Positions 27,801 to 36,729 of a DNA stretch of 57,901 bases are shown piece after piece. The position numbers and the translations under genes are program-made. Positions within the stretch are counted from its first letter, which is position 1. Each line of letters begins with the position of its first letter. The notes below the pieces were generated by a model. The model saw only the letters and a list, made by a program, of their open reading frames with translations. It ran no database searches and was not told where the DNA came from. Source of the stretch: a virus (Duplodnaviria > Caudoviricetes); the IMG/VR virus record IMGVR_UViG_3300010042_000197, positions 1 through 57,901 of that record. One strand, 5' to 3'.

Positions 27801-28744
27801 AACATGGCGTCGGCGGCCTGGGTGGCGCTTCGGAGTTGGTTGCCATAGCTGGCCATAATGCTGGTGAGACCGTCCGCCGCGACGCTCACATCGGTCACGC
27901 CGCCTATGGCCAGCTTGTTCGCGACGGCGAGCATCTCCGTGGCCTTCGCCGCGTCGGCCGCGCCAGCGCTCATGATTTCGTACAACGCCTTTGCCTGGTC
28001 GGTAGGCCCTCGGCCGAACTCCGCCCCCAAACGCTTCGCGCTGTCGGCGAGTTGCCCCATCATCCCGAGCTGGTCGTCCTCCAGCAGAGTGCTCACCTGC
28101 GCCATGGCTGTGGAGAACCCCAGCGCCTCCGTGGTGACGCTGCGGAACGTCGCACCCACCGCAACCATGCCCATGAGGCTGCTAGCGACACCTCCGATCC
28201 CCTTCGAGAACTGGTCCAATGGCGACTGCGCCGTCTCTGCCGCCGTCGCCACCTCTCGGATGGTCTTCGCAGCACGCGTGTTGTCGCTCATTTGCGCCAG
28301 CGCGGACGCGGCCCGGTTCATCTCCGTCATGAACCGACTGATGATGGCCGTGTCACCGAGTGCGGAGGAGAGCCGCCCGGTCGCCCCCTCAAGCGCAGCC
28401 ACCTTGGCGTGGAAGGCATCCACTGCCTTTGTATCTGCCAGAGACTGCTGGAAGCGCTTGGCCGCCTCGGCCATCTGGTTCATGTGCTTCGTGATTGAGC
28501 TCAGCCGCTCCAGGTCCTTGAGCTTGCTCCGCATCTCCTCGAAGGCCCTAACGTTGGCCTCCACCTCCTTGTTCATCCGCGCCAGCTCCTTCTGGAACTG
28601 TTCGGACGCTGTCTCCGTCTTCTTCGCGGCCGTCTCCGCCTTCTCGGAGGCCTTCGTCAGGTCGTTGAGTCCCTGAACTCCGGCGGCAGTCTCAGAGGTA
28701 TCGATGCGAATCGACAACGCCGCCAGGTCGACCCCCTCAGACAT
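24866..28744 (-). CDS. Tail tape measure protein (TP901-type core, lambda-like C terminus)
   Basis: 1292 aa, Ala-rich helical. AKALYEIMSAG..GKTSIETIA core and MEDAFVTFATTGQFSFRSMVDGMLKDL C-terminus. Confidence 0.93.
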   Translation of the reverse strand: MSEGVDLAALSIRIDTSETAAGVQGLNDLTKASEKAETAAKKTETASEQFQKELARMNKEVEANVRAFEEMRSKLKDLERLSSITKHMNQMAEAAKRFQQSLADTKAVDAFHAKVAALEGATGRLSSALGDTAIISRFMTEMNRAASALAQMSDNTRAAKTIREVATAAETAQSPLDQFSKGIGGVASSLMGMVAVGATFRSVTTEALGFSTAMAQVSTLLEDDQLGMMGQLADSAKRLGAEFGRGPTDQAKALYEIMSAGAADAAKATEMLAVANKLAIGGVTDVSVAADGLTSIMASYGNQLRSATQAADAMFISAADGKTSIETIARHIGKVAPIASQTGVSLQELLAANAALTKAGIKTETAMEGVRSILAQVAKPSSEAAILAQELGIQFDTAGLKSKGLSGFLQDMKDKTGGSTELLAALVGGVEALLPAMTLSGTASADFAASLQHMETSAGKTESAFRKMAETPQMKVDQLRARFAALRIAVGEDLLDTISPAMDGLLRNFDDVTTAARYLAQALAVLGAARGAAWGQEWTKALLDKAAAAKKARDAVSDAALAEASYKRVQVESRAEALKAALAQLEKRQAMLEAAAAIEGPFTVAHTRAAIASNTLAQAKVREAIAIEGATFATRAGSAALAAMGGPIGVVVIALGAAVTAFAEFGRAAEEAREKAMQHAQESAAAVGRGTQIVVDLMSQTKATNDQTEALQRLKIAKEEIAALGGKYQDLLTSEVDTVKELSAVVRNVAAEDLRVATAEIERLTAAVKDKQSYIVAVNYKWMGAGKPFSENRKDPKFAEQIEEKLVPLEKELAVHQQRAAEIQKALIILDHAAKQEAAVVNGVADAHARAGAAATRSATEMIDGARAKAAEAKKATAWLEKLEEDVRGIGKTKAGALNQSDEYKALTEEQKKLADVAIAKLQDAEATKKQAQAREELARKAKTWLERIEEETRAVGKAKAEALNLTDEYKALSAAQKKQADVAIAKLREAEVAKELAKAEEKRVQVLQELNRELGDPAGMKYAEAQKALRVEVDAGRMGMAQYNAQLAKARSLWTPEGRAEAQLAKELEQLERQLNPLADAQKRMESVQKLFDNQRISAAAYRKEVAKLQEQLSAGFALAQDAVSSAAQNMEDAFVTFATTGQFSFRSMVDGMLKDLARLLAHKAFVALVDTATTALVGATASPVGASGGASLGGAGKLSLGSGAAQVPKLYVPSKADILPPAGEGGGAAPITLHIHVHQDGTVKSEVQSPGGKAESEKLARGLGTVVLKVLVEQLQPGGVLYNGIRRQRS
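25760..26130 (-). repeat. Tandem ~66-aa internal duplication in tape measure protein
   Basis: WLEKLEEDVRGIGKTKAGALNQSDEYKAL..ADVAIAKL versus WLERIEEETRAVGKAKAEALNLTDEYKAL..ADVAIAKL. Confidence 0.8.
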
Positions 28745-28835
28745 GGGCGCCTCCCATCAGCGAAGGGCTGTAGCCGGCCGCCTGAACGCGCGACCAGTGG
28801 ACCGCCTGGGCCCGGCTGTGGTCGCCTCCCGACCC

Positions 28836-29276
28836 ATGCGTGCGCCCTACGCCTTCCTGGCCGTGACTCTTCTCGTGGCTGCTTGTGACCTCCGCACTGA
28901 GGAGGCGAAACAGCTCGAAGCCAAACGGCTCCAGATGATCCAGCAGAGCAACGACACCGAAGGCACCCCTCAACTTCGCTGGGCCACCAAGGGAAAGCAC
29001 CACACGACCTTCCTCCGCATCCAGCCGTTTGGCTCGCCGGACCCGAACGAGATTCGAGCCGCGATGATGAAGGAGATGCCGAACTACGACGCTGGGAAGG
29101 AGCTGATGGAGGAAGAGGGCTGGACGCACGTCGGGTTCCGCGACCGAGACACCGGCATCGAGTTGGTCAAACCAGTGTCCGAGCTTCGCGGGGTCGACGC
29201 CGTCATGGCGGACCTTGCAGCCAAAAAGCGAGCCGAGGAGGAGCGCCAGCAGAAAGCCGTCCCCGCTAAGCAGTAG
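28836..29276 (+). CDS. Lipoprotein moron
   Basis: MRAPYAFLAVTLLVAAC lipobox; antisense, between chaperone and tape measure genes. Confidence 0.75.
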   Translation: MRAPYAFLAVTLLVAACDLRTEEAKQLEAKRLQMIQQSNDTEGTPQLRWATKGKHHTTFLRIQPFGSPDPNEIRAAMMKEMPNYDAGKELMEEEGWTHVGFRDRDTGIELVKPVSELRGVDAVMADLAAKKRAEEERQQKAVPAKQ

Positions 29277-29301
29277 CAGCCACGTCACCACGAGCACCTC
29301 C

Positions 29302-29664
29302 TCACTTCGGGTTGAGCTCCTCGCGGAAAACGTCATCGAGCTGGCGGAGCAGCCCCACCTCCGCGGGTGAAGGTCGGTGTCCGGTGAGCCGGGCCCAGGC
29401 CTCGATGTCCTGGAAGGTGATGGGGGCCAGCGAGTACATCCCCGCCCCGCGCGCGCCGCTCAGCTCGCAGAACCAGGCCCAGACGTGGGCGAGCGCGGGC
29501 GGCAACGAGTACTCGCGCACCAGCTCCGCCGGCACCTGCCCCGTCGCCTTTTGCACCTGCTCCAGGTGAGCCCGGAGGGAGACGTCACCTCCCTCCGGTG
29601 GCTTGCTCAGTCGGAATTCGTGGCGAGCGAAGCCGAGGAGCTGCTCACCGAGTCCTCGAAAAAA
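29302..29664 (-). CDS. Tail assembly chaperone frameshift extension (gpGT-like C-terminal part)
   Basis: -1 frame after the slippery site: LAHVWAWFCELS..R..APITFQDIEAWARLTG..EVGLLRQLD. Confidence 0.8.
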   Translation of the reverse strand, partial: FFRGLGEQLLGFARHEFRLSKPPEGGDVSLRAHLEQVQKATGQVPAELVREYSLPPALAHVWAWFCELSGARGAGMYSLAPITFQDIEAWARLTGHRPSPAEVGLLRQLDDVFREELNPK

Positions 29665-30047
29665 CGGGCGCGGTCCGCGCACGCCTCGTCCACCTGCCGG
29701 CGCAGCCACGGGAGGGCGATGTACAGGCGCCGGGCGTTGTCCGGGGTGTGAGGCAGCGGCTTGCCACCCTCCAGCACACCGCTCCAGGACACGGTGCGGC
29801 GCACCAGCAACTCCAGGGCCTCGGACTCCACCTCCTTCGCCGTCAGCGCGGCGCCACGGTTGAGCTGGTAGCGCGCCATGGCCTGATCCCTCAGCTCCCG
29901 CTCCGCCTCGCGGCCGCGAGAGGAGTCGGCGCTGGCCACCTCCACCTGGACGCCGAGGGGCTTGGCGGTGACGGGGTGGCGGACTTCCACCACCGAGGTG
30001 TCACGGTGCTGGATGGAAGCGAGATCAAAACCGGTGAGTCCATTCAT
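29607..30047 (-). CDS. Tail assembly chaperone (gpG-like)
   Basis: VEVRHPVT..TVSWSGV..TPDNARRLY..PWLRRQVD..RARFF; AAGGAG RBS; follows tail tube. Confidence 0.85.
   Translation of the reverse strand: MNGLTGFDLASIQHRDTSVVEVRHPVTAKPLGVQVEVASADSSRGREAERELRDQAMARYQLNRGAALTAKEVESEALELLVRRTVSWSGVLEGGKPLPHTPDNARRLYIALPWLRRQVDEACADRARFFEDSVSSSSASLATNSD
29658..29664 (-). other. Programmed -1 ribosomal frameshift heptamer T TTT TTC
   Basis: Minus strand reads GCC CGT TTT TTC GAG; the -1 frame joins ORF 29302. Confidence 0.8.
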
Positions 30048-30107
30048 GGGGTGCTCCTTCAGGAACAGCAGGGGTGAGCGCGCACGTGCAGTCGCGCCGA
30101 GGAAGGG

Positions 30108-31259
30108 CTACGGGTTGCTGCGCTGGTAGACGAGGGTGGCGCCGGACGCGGAGTCGATGAGCGCGGTGAATGGCATCGAGAGGACGACGGGGCCCTCCTT
30201 CGGATTGTCCAAGTCGCCGCCCGTGTACTTGATGCGGGGCAGGTAGAGTCGGTGGAAGTCCACGCCGTTGACGTCCTTCAGCAGCACCTCCAGGGAGGAC
30301 TCCTCCTCGTTGATGAAGCGATTCACGAGGGTGCCGTCCTGGAAGTAGGCGCTGAGGGTGCCGGACACAGCGAAGCCGCCCTCGTGCACCTCGGTGGGCG
30401 ACGCCTGGCCGACGACGCCCTTGGTGGTGCGGCCGTTGCTGATGTCCAGCTCCACGCCGGTGACGTTGGCCACCACCACCCCGCCCTCCAGCAACGTGCC
30501 GGTGAAGGCGTCGAAGGGGCTGCCGGTGCCAGGAGGAGTGACGGTGGTGGCATGCGAGGCCGTGGCCTGCACCATGTCCTTGCCCAGCAGGGTGACGCTG
30601 CCTGTGACGATTTCCCCGGGCTGGATGGAGAGCTTCAGCCCGTTGACCGCGCACCCCCGGTACAGCAGGAACTGGGAGATGTCGGTGAAGGCGCGCTCGA
30701 AGCTGTACGTCTTCAGCTCCGTCCCATTCTTCAGCCGCCGGCCCACCAGCGCCACGGTGCGCCCCGCGGCGGCGGCGTCCGCGAAGAGCAACTTGTCCAC
30801 GGTGAGGGACAGCGCGGTGACGGACACCACCTTGGCGCGGCCGTTGTTGCCCGCCGTCGCGAAGCCGGTGGCGGCCACCTCGTCGCCCGGCAGGAAGCCG
30901 TCCGCGAGGAAGCTGCCGGTGGTGCGGACGAAGGACTCGTCATCCGCATCCGCCTCCAGCGACACCGCGCCCGTCGTCACCGCCTCCCAGGTGCCAGAGA
31001 GGGCCCCCGCGAGCATCTCGTCGAAGGTGCCCCGGGAGAGCTCGAAGGAGATGTCGCCGGCCGCGCTGCGCATGCCGTGACGGAGGTCCGCCACCTGCCT
31101 GTCCGCGCGAATCTCGTTGGACTGGAACGTCTCCTTGCCGAGGTTGAGGCTGGTGCCGGTGAAGCGCAGCGCCTGGTACGTGGTGCTGGCGGGGACGCCG
31201 TAGTCGCCCTCCGCGACGAAGCGCACCGCGGTGCGCTGCCCTGAAGCCGAAGAAGCCAT
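30108..31259 (-). CDS. Major tail tube protein
   Basis: AGGAGG RBS; QSNEIRADRQVAD..GDISFELS..YSFERAFTD..VSGTLSAYF..YLPRIKY. Confidence 0.88.
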   Translation of the reverse strand: MASSASGQRTAVRFVAEGDYGVPASTTYQALRFTGTSLNLGKETFQSNEIRADRQVADLRHGMRSAAGDISFELSRGTFDEMLAGALSGTWEAVTTGAVSLEADADDESFVRTTGSFLADGFLPGDEVAATGFATAGNNGRAKVVSVTALSLTVDKLLFADAAAAGRTVALVGRRLKNGTELKTYSFERAFTDISQFLLYRGCAVNGLKLSIQPGEIVTGSVTLLGKDMVQATASHATTVTPPGTGSPFDAFTGTLLEGGVVVANVTGVELDISNGRTTKGVVGQASPTEVHEGGFAVSGTLSAYFQDGTLVNRFINEEESSLEVLLKDVNGVDFHRLYLPRIKYTGGDLDNPKEGPVVLSMPFTALIDSASGATLVYQRSNP

Positions 31260-31287
31260 GTGAGTACCTCCTGCCGCGCATGGCGGC

Positions 31288-31713
31288 TCAGTCGATTGAG
31301 TGCACCAACCACCAGACGGAGACGGGCACCGCCCACCACGGCTCGTCCCGGAAGCCCGGGGCGACGGAGGCGGACTGGACACGGACGGTGGTGTCCCCGC
31401 GCGTCAGCGTGGTGCCCCGCTTGAAGCCGTCACACACCGACTGGGCGGCAGCGAGGGACGGCGCGGCGCCCGCGCCCAGGGGAAAGAAGAGGGACACCTG
31501 GAGGACGCCAGGGCGGCGCGTGTACGCGTCCACGCCCGCGCTGCCCGGCCCGGTGCGCGCCGGCAGGTGGTCCACCTTCGCCCACGGGGTGCCCGCCACC
31601 GGGGTGAAGGGCACGTTGGGGAAGGCCAGGCGGGCCGGGCCCAGCACGGGCTCCAGCACCTCCAGCACCCGCGCCTCCAGTGCCTGGGTGATGTCCAAGA
31701 GGACGGTGCTCAC
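31288..31713 (-). CDS. Tail terminator-like protein (DUF4128-like)
   Basis: LAFPNVPFTP..PGVLQVSLFFPLGAG..FKRGT..WWAVPVSV. Confidence 0.8.
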   Translation of the reverse strand: MSTVLLDITQALEARVLEVLEPVLGPARLAFPNVPFTPVAGTPWAKVDHLPARTGPGSAGVDAYTRRPGVLQVSLFFPLGAGAAPSLAAAQSVCDGFKRGTTLTRGDTTVRVQSASVAPGFRDEPWWAVPVSVWWLVHSID

Positions 31714-32177
31714 GTGCCACCGCCCCCGTTGTCCCCACCCTGCTTCGCCGCGTCCACCGCGCCCTCGAGGATTTCTCGCAGGCGGGCGACGGTGACGCGC
31801 ACCATGCCGCGAGGGGCCTGGGCCGAGTGGCCGAACTCCAGCCGGCGGGCGTACGGCAGGTTGTTGGTGACGTACACCGAGTCACCCAGCTTCGCGGCTT
31901 CGAGCTGGGACGCCGCGGCGGTGACGACACCGCTGCCGTCCTTGTCCGAGGCCTCCGTGGTGCCCGAGGGCCGCGCGCCGATGCCCACCTGCCAGTTGCC
32001 CCGGAAGCGCCCGGTGTCCACCGGCGACGCCTCGACGACGTTGGCGAGCAGGCCGAGGGCCGTCTTCCTCACCACGACGTTGGCCTTCTCCTTCGCCATG
32101 CCGACGAAGGCCTCCACCTGCCGGGAGAAGCTGGCGCCTTTGCGGACCTTGGCGTCCGTACGGTTGAGGGTGCTCAT
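31710..32177 (-). CDS. HK97 gp10-like neck protein
   Basis: SPVDTGRFRGNWQV..NNLPYARRLEFGHSAQAPRGMVR. Confidence 0.88.
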   Translation of the reverse strand: MSTLNRTDAKVRKGASFSRQVEAFVGMAKEKANVVVRKTALGLLANVVEASPVDTGRFRGNWQVGIGARPSGTTEASDKDGSGVVTAAASQLEAAKLGDSVYVTNNLPYARRLEFGHSAQAPRGMVRVTVARLREILEGAVDAAKQGGDNGGGGT

Positions 32178-32563
32178 GTCGAGGCCACCCGCAGCGTGTA
32201 GAGGATGGGCGTCCCACCAAGCTGGACGGGCGGGTCCGTCGCCAGGACAGTCCAGGCGCGGCCCTCCAGCGGGCCCACCTCGTCACCTGGCGCCGGCACC
32301 ACAGCCAGGCCGCCGGCCGCCACCAGCAGCTTGCGGCGCGCAGCGCGCACCGTGCTGCCCTTGGCCAGCGAGTCGCCCTCCTTGTCCTGCCCGCTGTCGG
32401 CCTGCACCTGCACCGTCACCGGGTAGGTGTCCACCACCACGGCCGGCGCCGAGGTGGCCACGTCGTACGCGCCCGTCGTGCGCCGGGTGAGCGTCGCCTC
32501 CTCCCCGTACTTCTTCAGCAGGGCGAGGGACTTGCGCACCAGCCTGTCCGCCTGGGCACTCAC
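32174..32563 (-). CDS. Head-tail joining / closure protein
   Basis: GTGA coupling; LLKKYGEEATLTR..GAYD..PAPGD..ILYTLRV. Confidence 0.75.
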   Translation of the reverse strand: MSAQADRLVRKSLALLKKYGEEATLTRRTTGAYDVATSAPAVVVDTYPVTVQVQADSGQDKEGDSLAKGSTVRAARRKLLVAAGGLAVVPAPGDEVGPLEGRAWTVLATDPPVQLGGTPILYTLRVAST

Positions 32564-33051
32564 CCTCGCACCACCTGCAGGGAGCCAATGCCGCTTGGCC
32601 GCGAGCGCACCAGCGGCGCCAGCATCTGAGCCACCTGGGCCGGAATGGGCACGTGCGTCTCCGCCGTCGTCTTCAGGGGGCCGACCTGGACGCCGCTGTC
32701 CACCACGGGCCCCAGCCCCGCCGTCCAGTCCTCGGGCATGAGGCGGAAGGCGAACTCCGCCACCGCGCCGCGCAGGCGCAGCGGCACCGTGAGGGGCGAC
32801 ACGTCCACGCCGTCCAGGCGCACGCCACGCCGGGGCCACGCCAGCGCCTGGGCCTCGCTGACGCGCGCGCCCAGGTACTGGTAGTGGGTGTCCAAGAGAC
32901 TCGTGGCCCACTTCAGGTGGCGCTCCTTCTGCTCCACCGTGGCGGCCTCCCACGCGGCGTTGTGTGCGCGCGCGGAGTGGTAGGCGTCCGCCTCCACCAC
33001 GGTGCAGTACGAGTCGGCGGCAGGCCCGCCCGGCGTCGCGTCGAGAGGCAC
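32560..33051 (-). CDS. Head-tail adaptor (DnaT-like family)
   Basis: ADSYCTVVEADAYH..YLGARV..QALAWPR. Confidence 0.82.
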   Translation of the reverse strand: MPLDATPGGPAADSYCTVVEADAYHSARAHNAAWEAATVEQKERHLKWATSLLDTHYQYLGARVSEAQALAWPRRGVRLDGVDVSPLTVPLRLRGAVAEFAFRLMPEDWTAGLGPVVDSGVQVGPLKTTAETHVPIPAQVAQMLAPLVRSRPSGIGSLQVVRG

Positions 33052-33054
33052 GGG

Positions 33055-33540
33055 CTACTCCGCCTTGCCCTTCGCGCCCTTGCCCTTCGGCGCGGGAGGC
33101 TCTTCGGTGGGCACCGGGGCGGAGGCCTTCGCCACCTCGGCGAGCTTCGCCTCCGCCGCCTTCTTCGCCTCGCGCTCGGTGCGCAGCTCCGCCCGCAGGC
33201 GCTCCGCCTCGGCCTGCTCTTCTTCGAGCACGGACCGCGCCGCTGCGAGCCGATTCTCCAGCTCCGAGCGCTCGTCCTCCAGAGCGGACACCAGCTTCGG
33301 GTCCACCGGGACAGCCTCCGCTCTCGCCTTCGTCTTCCTCCACTTCGCCTGGGCCTCCTCGTACTCGCGCGAGTCCACCTGGAAGGCGTTGTGGTACTTG
33401 CCGAGGATGTGGAGGGCCACCGTCGCGCCTCTCGGCACCGCAGCCACCCCGTCCTTGAAGTCGAAGCCCGCGAGGCTGCATGTCTCCTCCTCGCGCGGCC
33501 CCACCAACGCCACGTCCACCGTCAGTCGGTTTCCAGCCAT
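33055..33540 (-). CDS. Hypothetical protein downstream of capsid gene (coiled-coil C terminus)
   Basis: GGAG RBS; position typical of head accessory proteins. Confidence 0.65.
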   Translation of the reverse strand: MAGNRLTVDVALVGPREEETCSLAGFDFKDGVAAVPRGATVALHILGKYHNAFQVDSREYEEAQAKWRKTKARAEAVPVDPKLVSALEDERSELENRLAAARSVLEEEQAEAERLRAELRTEREAKKAAEAKLAEVAKASAPVPTEEPPAPKGKGAKGKAE

Positions 33541-33649
33541 GTCCTGCTCCACAGGGAATGCGCCCAGCACATGCCGGGCGCGAGGTTGAGGGCCGCGCCC
33601 GCCCAGGCAGGAAGTCCCCGCGGGCAGGCCCTGCCGAGAAGCGCGTCGC

Positions 33650-34570
33650 TCAGTTCTTCACGCCCTGGAGCACCGCCAGCCCCAGGTCGCTGAACACGGC
33701 CAGGCCGCAGTAGAACTTCACGCGGGTGATGGACTCGTCCTTGTCCTCGGACTCGCCGATGTCCGCGACGTGGATGCCCATCTGCTTCTTCGCGTGCAGG
33801 CCGGCGATGCCCACCTTGCGGGTGCCGTCGTCCAGGCACCCGGCGAGGATGCTGGTGCAGGTGGTGCTGGTGCCCTGCGTCTGGTTGGTGGGAATCCAGT
33901 CGTTCCGGAAGATGGGGACGCCCTCGTACACGAGGACCTCCTCCACACCATCCGCGAGTTGCACCGTCTCGATGATGCCGGCACCACCCTGCGTGCGCAG
34001 CAGCGTCTTGAAGGAGCGGATGGTGCGGCCCGGCATCATGTAGAAGTCGAGCTTCCCGTCCTTCGCGGTGACCTTCTGCCGGAGCTGGTCCAGCAGGTCG
34101 AAGGAGAGGTCGGCGCCGTTCGGCCCGGCCACCAGCGTCTGGCCCGGGCTCACCAGCCCCAGCAGGCCCTCGAACTCGTCATTGGCCCCGGTGCCGTTGA
34201 CGAGCAGGTTGGCGTACTTGCGGCCCACCGCCTTGGCCTTGCCGGCCACCTGGAGCGCCTTCTGGTCGGTGGTGTCCGAGTGCGTCGCCTCGATGAAGTT
34301 GTCCACCTCGGCGTCGCCGATGATGCGCTTCAGGGCGCTCGTCACCTGGACGAAGGTGGTGGGCGACTTGGCGGTGATGGTGCCGCCGACGCCCAGCATC
34401 TGCACGTCGCCCAGCGAGGACTCGCGGTTGTAGACGATGGCCGGCCCTTCCACGGACTCCCAGCGGAGGCGCTGGTAGAAGGCGTCGACGGTGACGATGT
34501 TGTCGATGATTCCACCGACCAGGTCGTCCTGGCTGAGCTTGGCGGCTTCGACAAGGGTGATTGAAGGCAT
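33650..34570 (-). CDS. Major capsid protein
   Basis: MPSITLVEAAKL..YNRE..IIGDAEVDNFI..EFEGL..YEGVPIFRNDWIP..RVKFYCGLA; AGGAG RBS. Confidence 0.9.
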   Translation of the reverse strand: MPSITLVEAAKLSQDDLVGGIIDNIVTVDAFYQRLRWESVEGPAIVYNRESSLGDVQMLGVGGTITAKSPTTFVQVTSALKRIIGDAEVDNFIEATHSDTTDQKALQVAGKAKAVGRKYANLLVNGTGANDEFEGLLGLVSPGQTLVAGPNGADLSFDLLDQLRQKVTAKDGKLDFYMMPGRTIRSFKTLLRTQGGAGIIETVQLADGVEEVLVYEGVPIFRNDWIPTNQTQGTSTTCTSILAGCLDDGTRKVGIAGLHAKKQMGIHVADIGESEDKDESITRVKFYCGLAVFSDLGLAVLQGVKN

Positions 34571-34683
34571 AGGAAGGCGCTCCTCCTCGGAGCGAGGGAA
34601 AGAAAGACAGGCGGTGGGTGCGCCAAGGGCGGGGCTGTCAGAAGCCCTCGGTCATGTCTGGCTTTGAGGAAGAGTGACTGCTG

Positions 34684-34806
34684 CCGGGAATCCCTCCCGG
34701 TTTGTCGCGGGCCGCATCACGCGCACCTGCGACGGGTGCTACTTCTTCAGCCCCTTGGAAATGCGATCCAGCGGGGTCAGCTTCGTACTCCCGGGAATCC
34801 CTCCCG
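34684..34806 (-). repeat. Two copies of 16-mer CCGGGAATCCCTCCCG forming GGGAU-loop hairpins on the mRNA
   Basis: Copies at 34684-34699 (capsid 5' UTR) and 34791-34806 (end of scaffold gene). Confidence 0.65.
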
Positions 34807-35494
34807 AGTTCGTCCCCGGCGGCGTCCCGCCGCCCGAGGAACCCGTGCCCTTGAAGGCACGAGCGAAGCGCGGATCCTTCTTGAGCTCCAGGACGTACTC
34901 TTCAACCGTCATGGGGCTGCCCGACTTGCTGTCGCGAGGGTTGCCCTTCTCGTCAGTAATTCGGACCAAAAACTCGCCGTCTTCCTCCACCAAAGTCACG
35001 TTGGGCGCGACGATTGGTAAGAGAAGATCGACAGCTCCTTCATTTTTCACGAGCGCGTCTCGGACAGCGGACTCGGCGATGCGGGTGTGGAGAACGGACG
35101 TCAGCCGCTTCACCTCGGCATCTTTCTCGCCCAGGGTCTTGGTGTGGTTCGACTCCAGCGTGGTGCGCTGCTTCTCCCACGCCTCCGCGCCCTCCTTCCC
35201 CTTTCGCGCCTCGGCCAGCTCGGCGCGCAAGTCGGCCAACTGCCTCTCGACATCCTCCGGCGCCTTCCCCAGCTTCGTGAATCCGGCGAGCTGATTCTTC
35301 AGCTCCTTGCCGATGTCGCGCTCCTTCTTCAGCGTGTTGGCGAGGGCGGAGGTGTCCAGCCGCTTCGCCAAGTCACCGTCGAGGGTGAACTTCGGGGCCT
35401 CGCCCTCCGCGCCGTCCTTCTTCGCGTACAGCCCGCGGTACGTCTCGGGCACCTCGTCCAGCTTCTCCAGCTCCGGCTGCCACTCGAACGGCAT
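34739..35494 (-). CDS. Capsid scaffolding protein
   Basis: LDEVPETYRGLY, coiled coil, C-terminal FKGTGSSGGG; directly upstream of the capsid gene. Confidence 0.82.
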   Translation of the reverse strand: MPFEWQPELEKLDEVPETYRGLYAKKDGAEGEAPKFTLDGDLAKRLDTSALANTLKKERDIGKELKNQLAGFTKLGKAPEDVERQLADLRAELAEARKGKEGAEAWEKQRTTLESNHTKTLGEKDAEVKRLTSVLHTRIAESAVRDALVKNEGAVDLLLPIVAPNVTLVEEDGEFLVRITDEKGNPRDSKSGSPMTVEEYVLELKKDPRFARAFKGTGSSGGGTPPGTNSGGIPGSTKLTPLDRISKGLKK

Positions 35495-35529
35495 GTGCGT
35501 CTTCTCCTCTCGTCCTGCGCGCGGGCCCG

Positions 35530-36729
35530 CTACAACTTCGCCCGCTTGAAAGCCGCGGCTTCCACCGCGTGCAGCTGCTCCAGCGTCAGCGTCTTCCCGC
35601 TGGCATCGGTGAAGCGCCCCAACGGCAAGCGGCCGTCGCGCCACAGCCGGGCGCGCGTGGGCCCGAGCACCACGTCCTGGAATGGCGTGGGCTGCTTCCG
35701 GAGCCACTCCTCGTAGGACAGGCCCTTGGGCACCTGGCCGACGTTCTCCCGCGTCCACTTGTCGCGCTGCCGGCCAATGGCCGCGCGCCGCTCCGCCTCC
35801 GACATGCGCGCCCAGCGCGCCTCGCCGGCCTTGGCCTTCGCGTCCGCGCGGAAGTCGATGTCCCGCTGACGCCTTGTGCGTGTGTCCGTGACAGAGGGCC
35901 TGTCTCCCACCATTTTCACGCCGTCAATGACTGGCGACGTGGTTGTGCGACAGCCTCGGTGGAAAGGAGGACGGCGTCCGTCGCGCACGGGGAACACCTT
36001 CCCGTCCAGCGCCATGCACCCCAGCGTGGTGCGGCCATCGAGGGTGGCCACCATGCGGACGGACTGGACGATGTCTGCGTTCGCCTTGAACACCTCCTCC
36101 CGGGCCTGGGTGGCGACGTGGCTGGTGGCGGTGCGAATCACCGACTCCGCGTTGCGCCGGCTCGTCTCCAGGATGCCGTTGGAGTAGCCCTCGGCTCGGG
36201 TGCCCATGACTTCGCGCACCATCTGCTGCGTCGTCTTTCCCTCCACCACGCCCTGACGCACGACACGCCCCAGCCTGTCCACGTCGGCGGGGGCGAGGGC
36301 GTCCGCCCAGTCCTTCAACACGTGCCCCTCGAAGGGGCGGGAGAAGGCGGCCGCGCGCAGCACCTCCGCGGAGGGCGTGGCCACGGACAGCTCGACGATG
36401 AGCGTCTCCTGCAGCACCGCCGCCTGCCACCTGGCCTCGTGCAGCGCGAAGGCGCCAAGCTCCTCCGTCATGAGGCCCATCGCCGTGCCGTACGCCTCGG
36501 CGCGCACGCCGCCCACCCTGGCCAGCATCTCCTCCAGGCGCTTCGTAACCTGGGGCCCGGCGTCATACCCGCCCGCCGCCTCGATGCGGGACAGGCGCTT
36601 CGTCAGCTCGGCTTCCAGGTCCTCCTCGGACTCGTTGAGGACCTCCACCACGCGCCGAACGAGGCCCGCCTTGTAGCGCTCGACCTGCACCCCATGAGCA
36701 ATGGAGCGCTCCAGCAGCTCCTCGTTCAT
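35530..36729 (-). CDS. Minor head / head morphogenesis protein (SPP1 gp7 / MuF-like)
   Basis: NAESVIRTATSHVA..VATLDGRTT..CMALDG..RPPFHRGCRT..YEEWL..LGPTRARLW..TLEQL. Confidence 0.9.
   Translation of the reverse strand: MNEELLERSIAHGVQVERYKAGLVRRVVEVLNESEEDLEAELTKRLSRIEAAGGYDAGPQVTKRLEEMLARVGGVRAEAYGTAMGLMTEELGAFALHEARWQAAVLQETLIVELSVATPSAEVLRAAAFSRPFEGHVLKDWADALAPADVDRLGRVVRQGVVEGKTTQQMVREVMGTRAEGYSNGILETSRRNAESVIRTATSHVATQAREEVFKANADIVQSVRMVATLDGRTTLGCMALDGKVFPVRDGRRPPFHRGCRTTTSPVIDGVKMVGDRPSVTDTRTRRQRDIDFRADAKAKAGEARWARMSEAERRAAIGRQRDKWTRENVGQVPKGLSYEEWLRKQPTPFQDVVLGPTRARLWRDGRLPLGRFTDASGKTLTLEQLHAVEAAAFKRAKL

Noticed and set aside
35530-36729. MuF polymorphic toxin
   Set aside because: The protein ends at the usual TLEQL motif with no C-terminal toxin extension.
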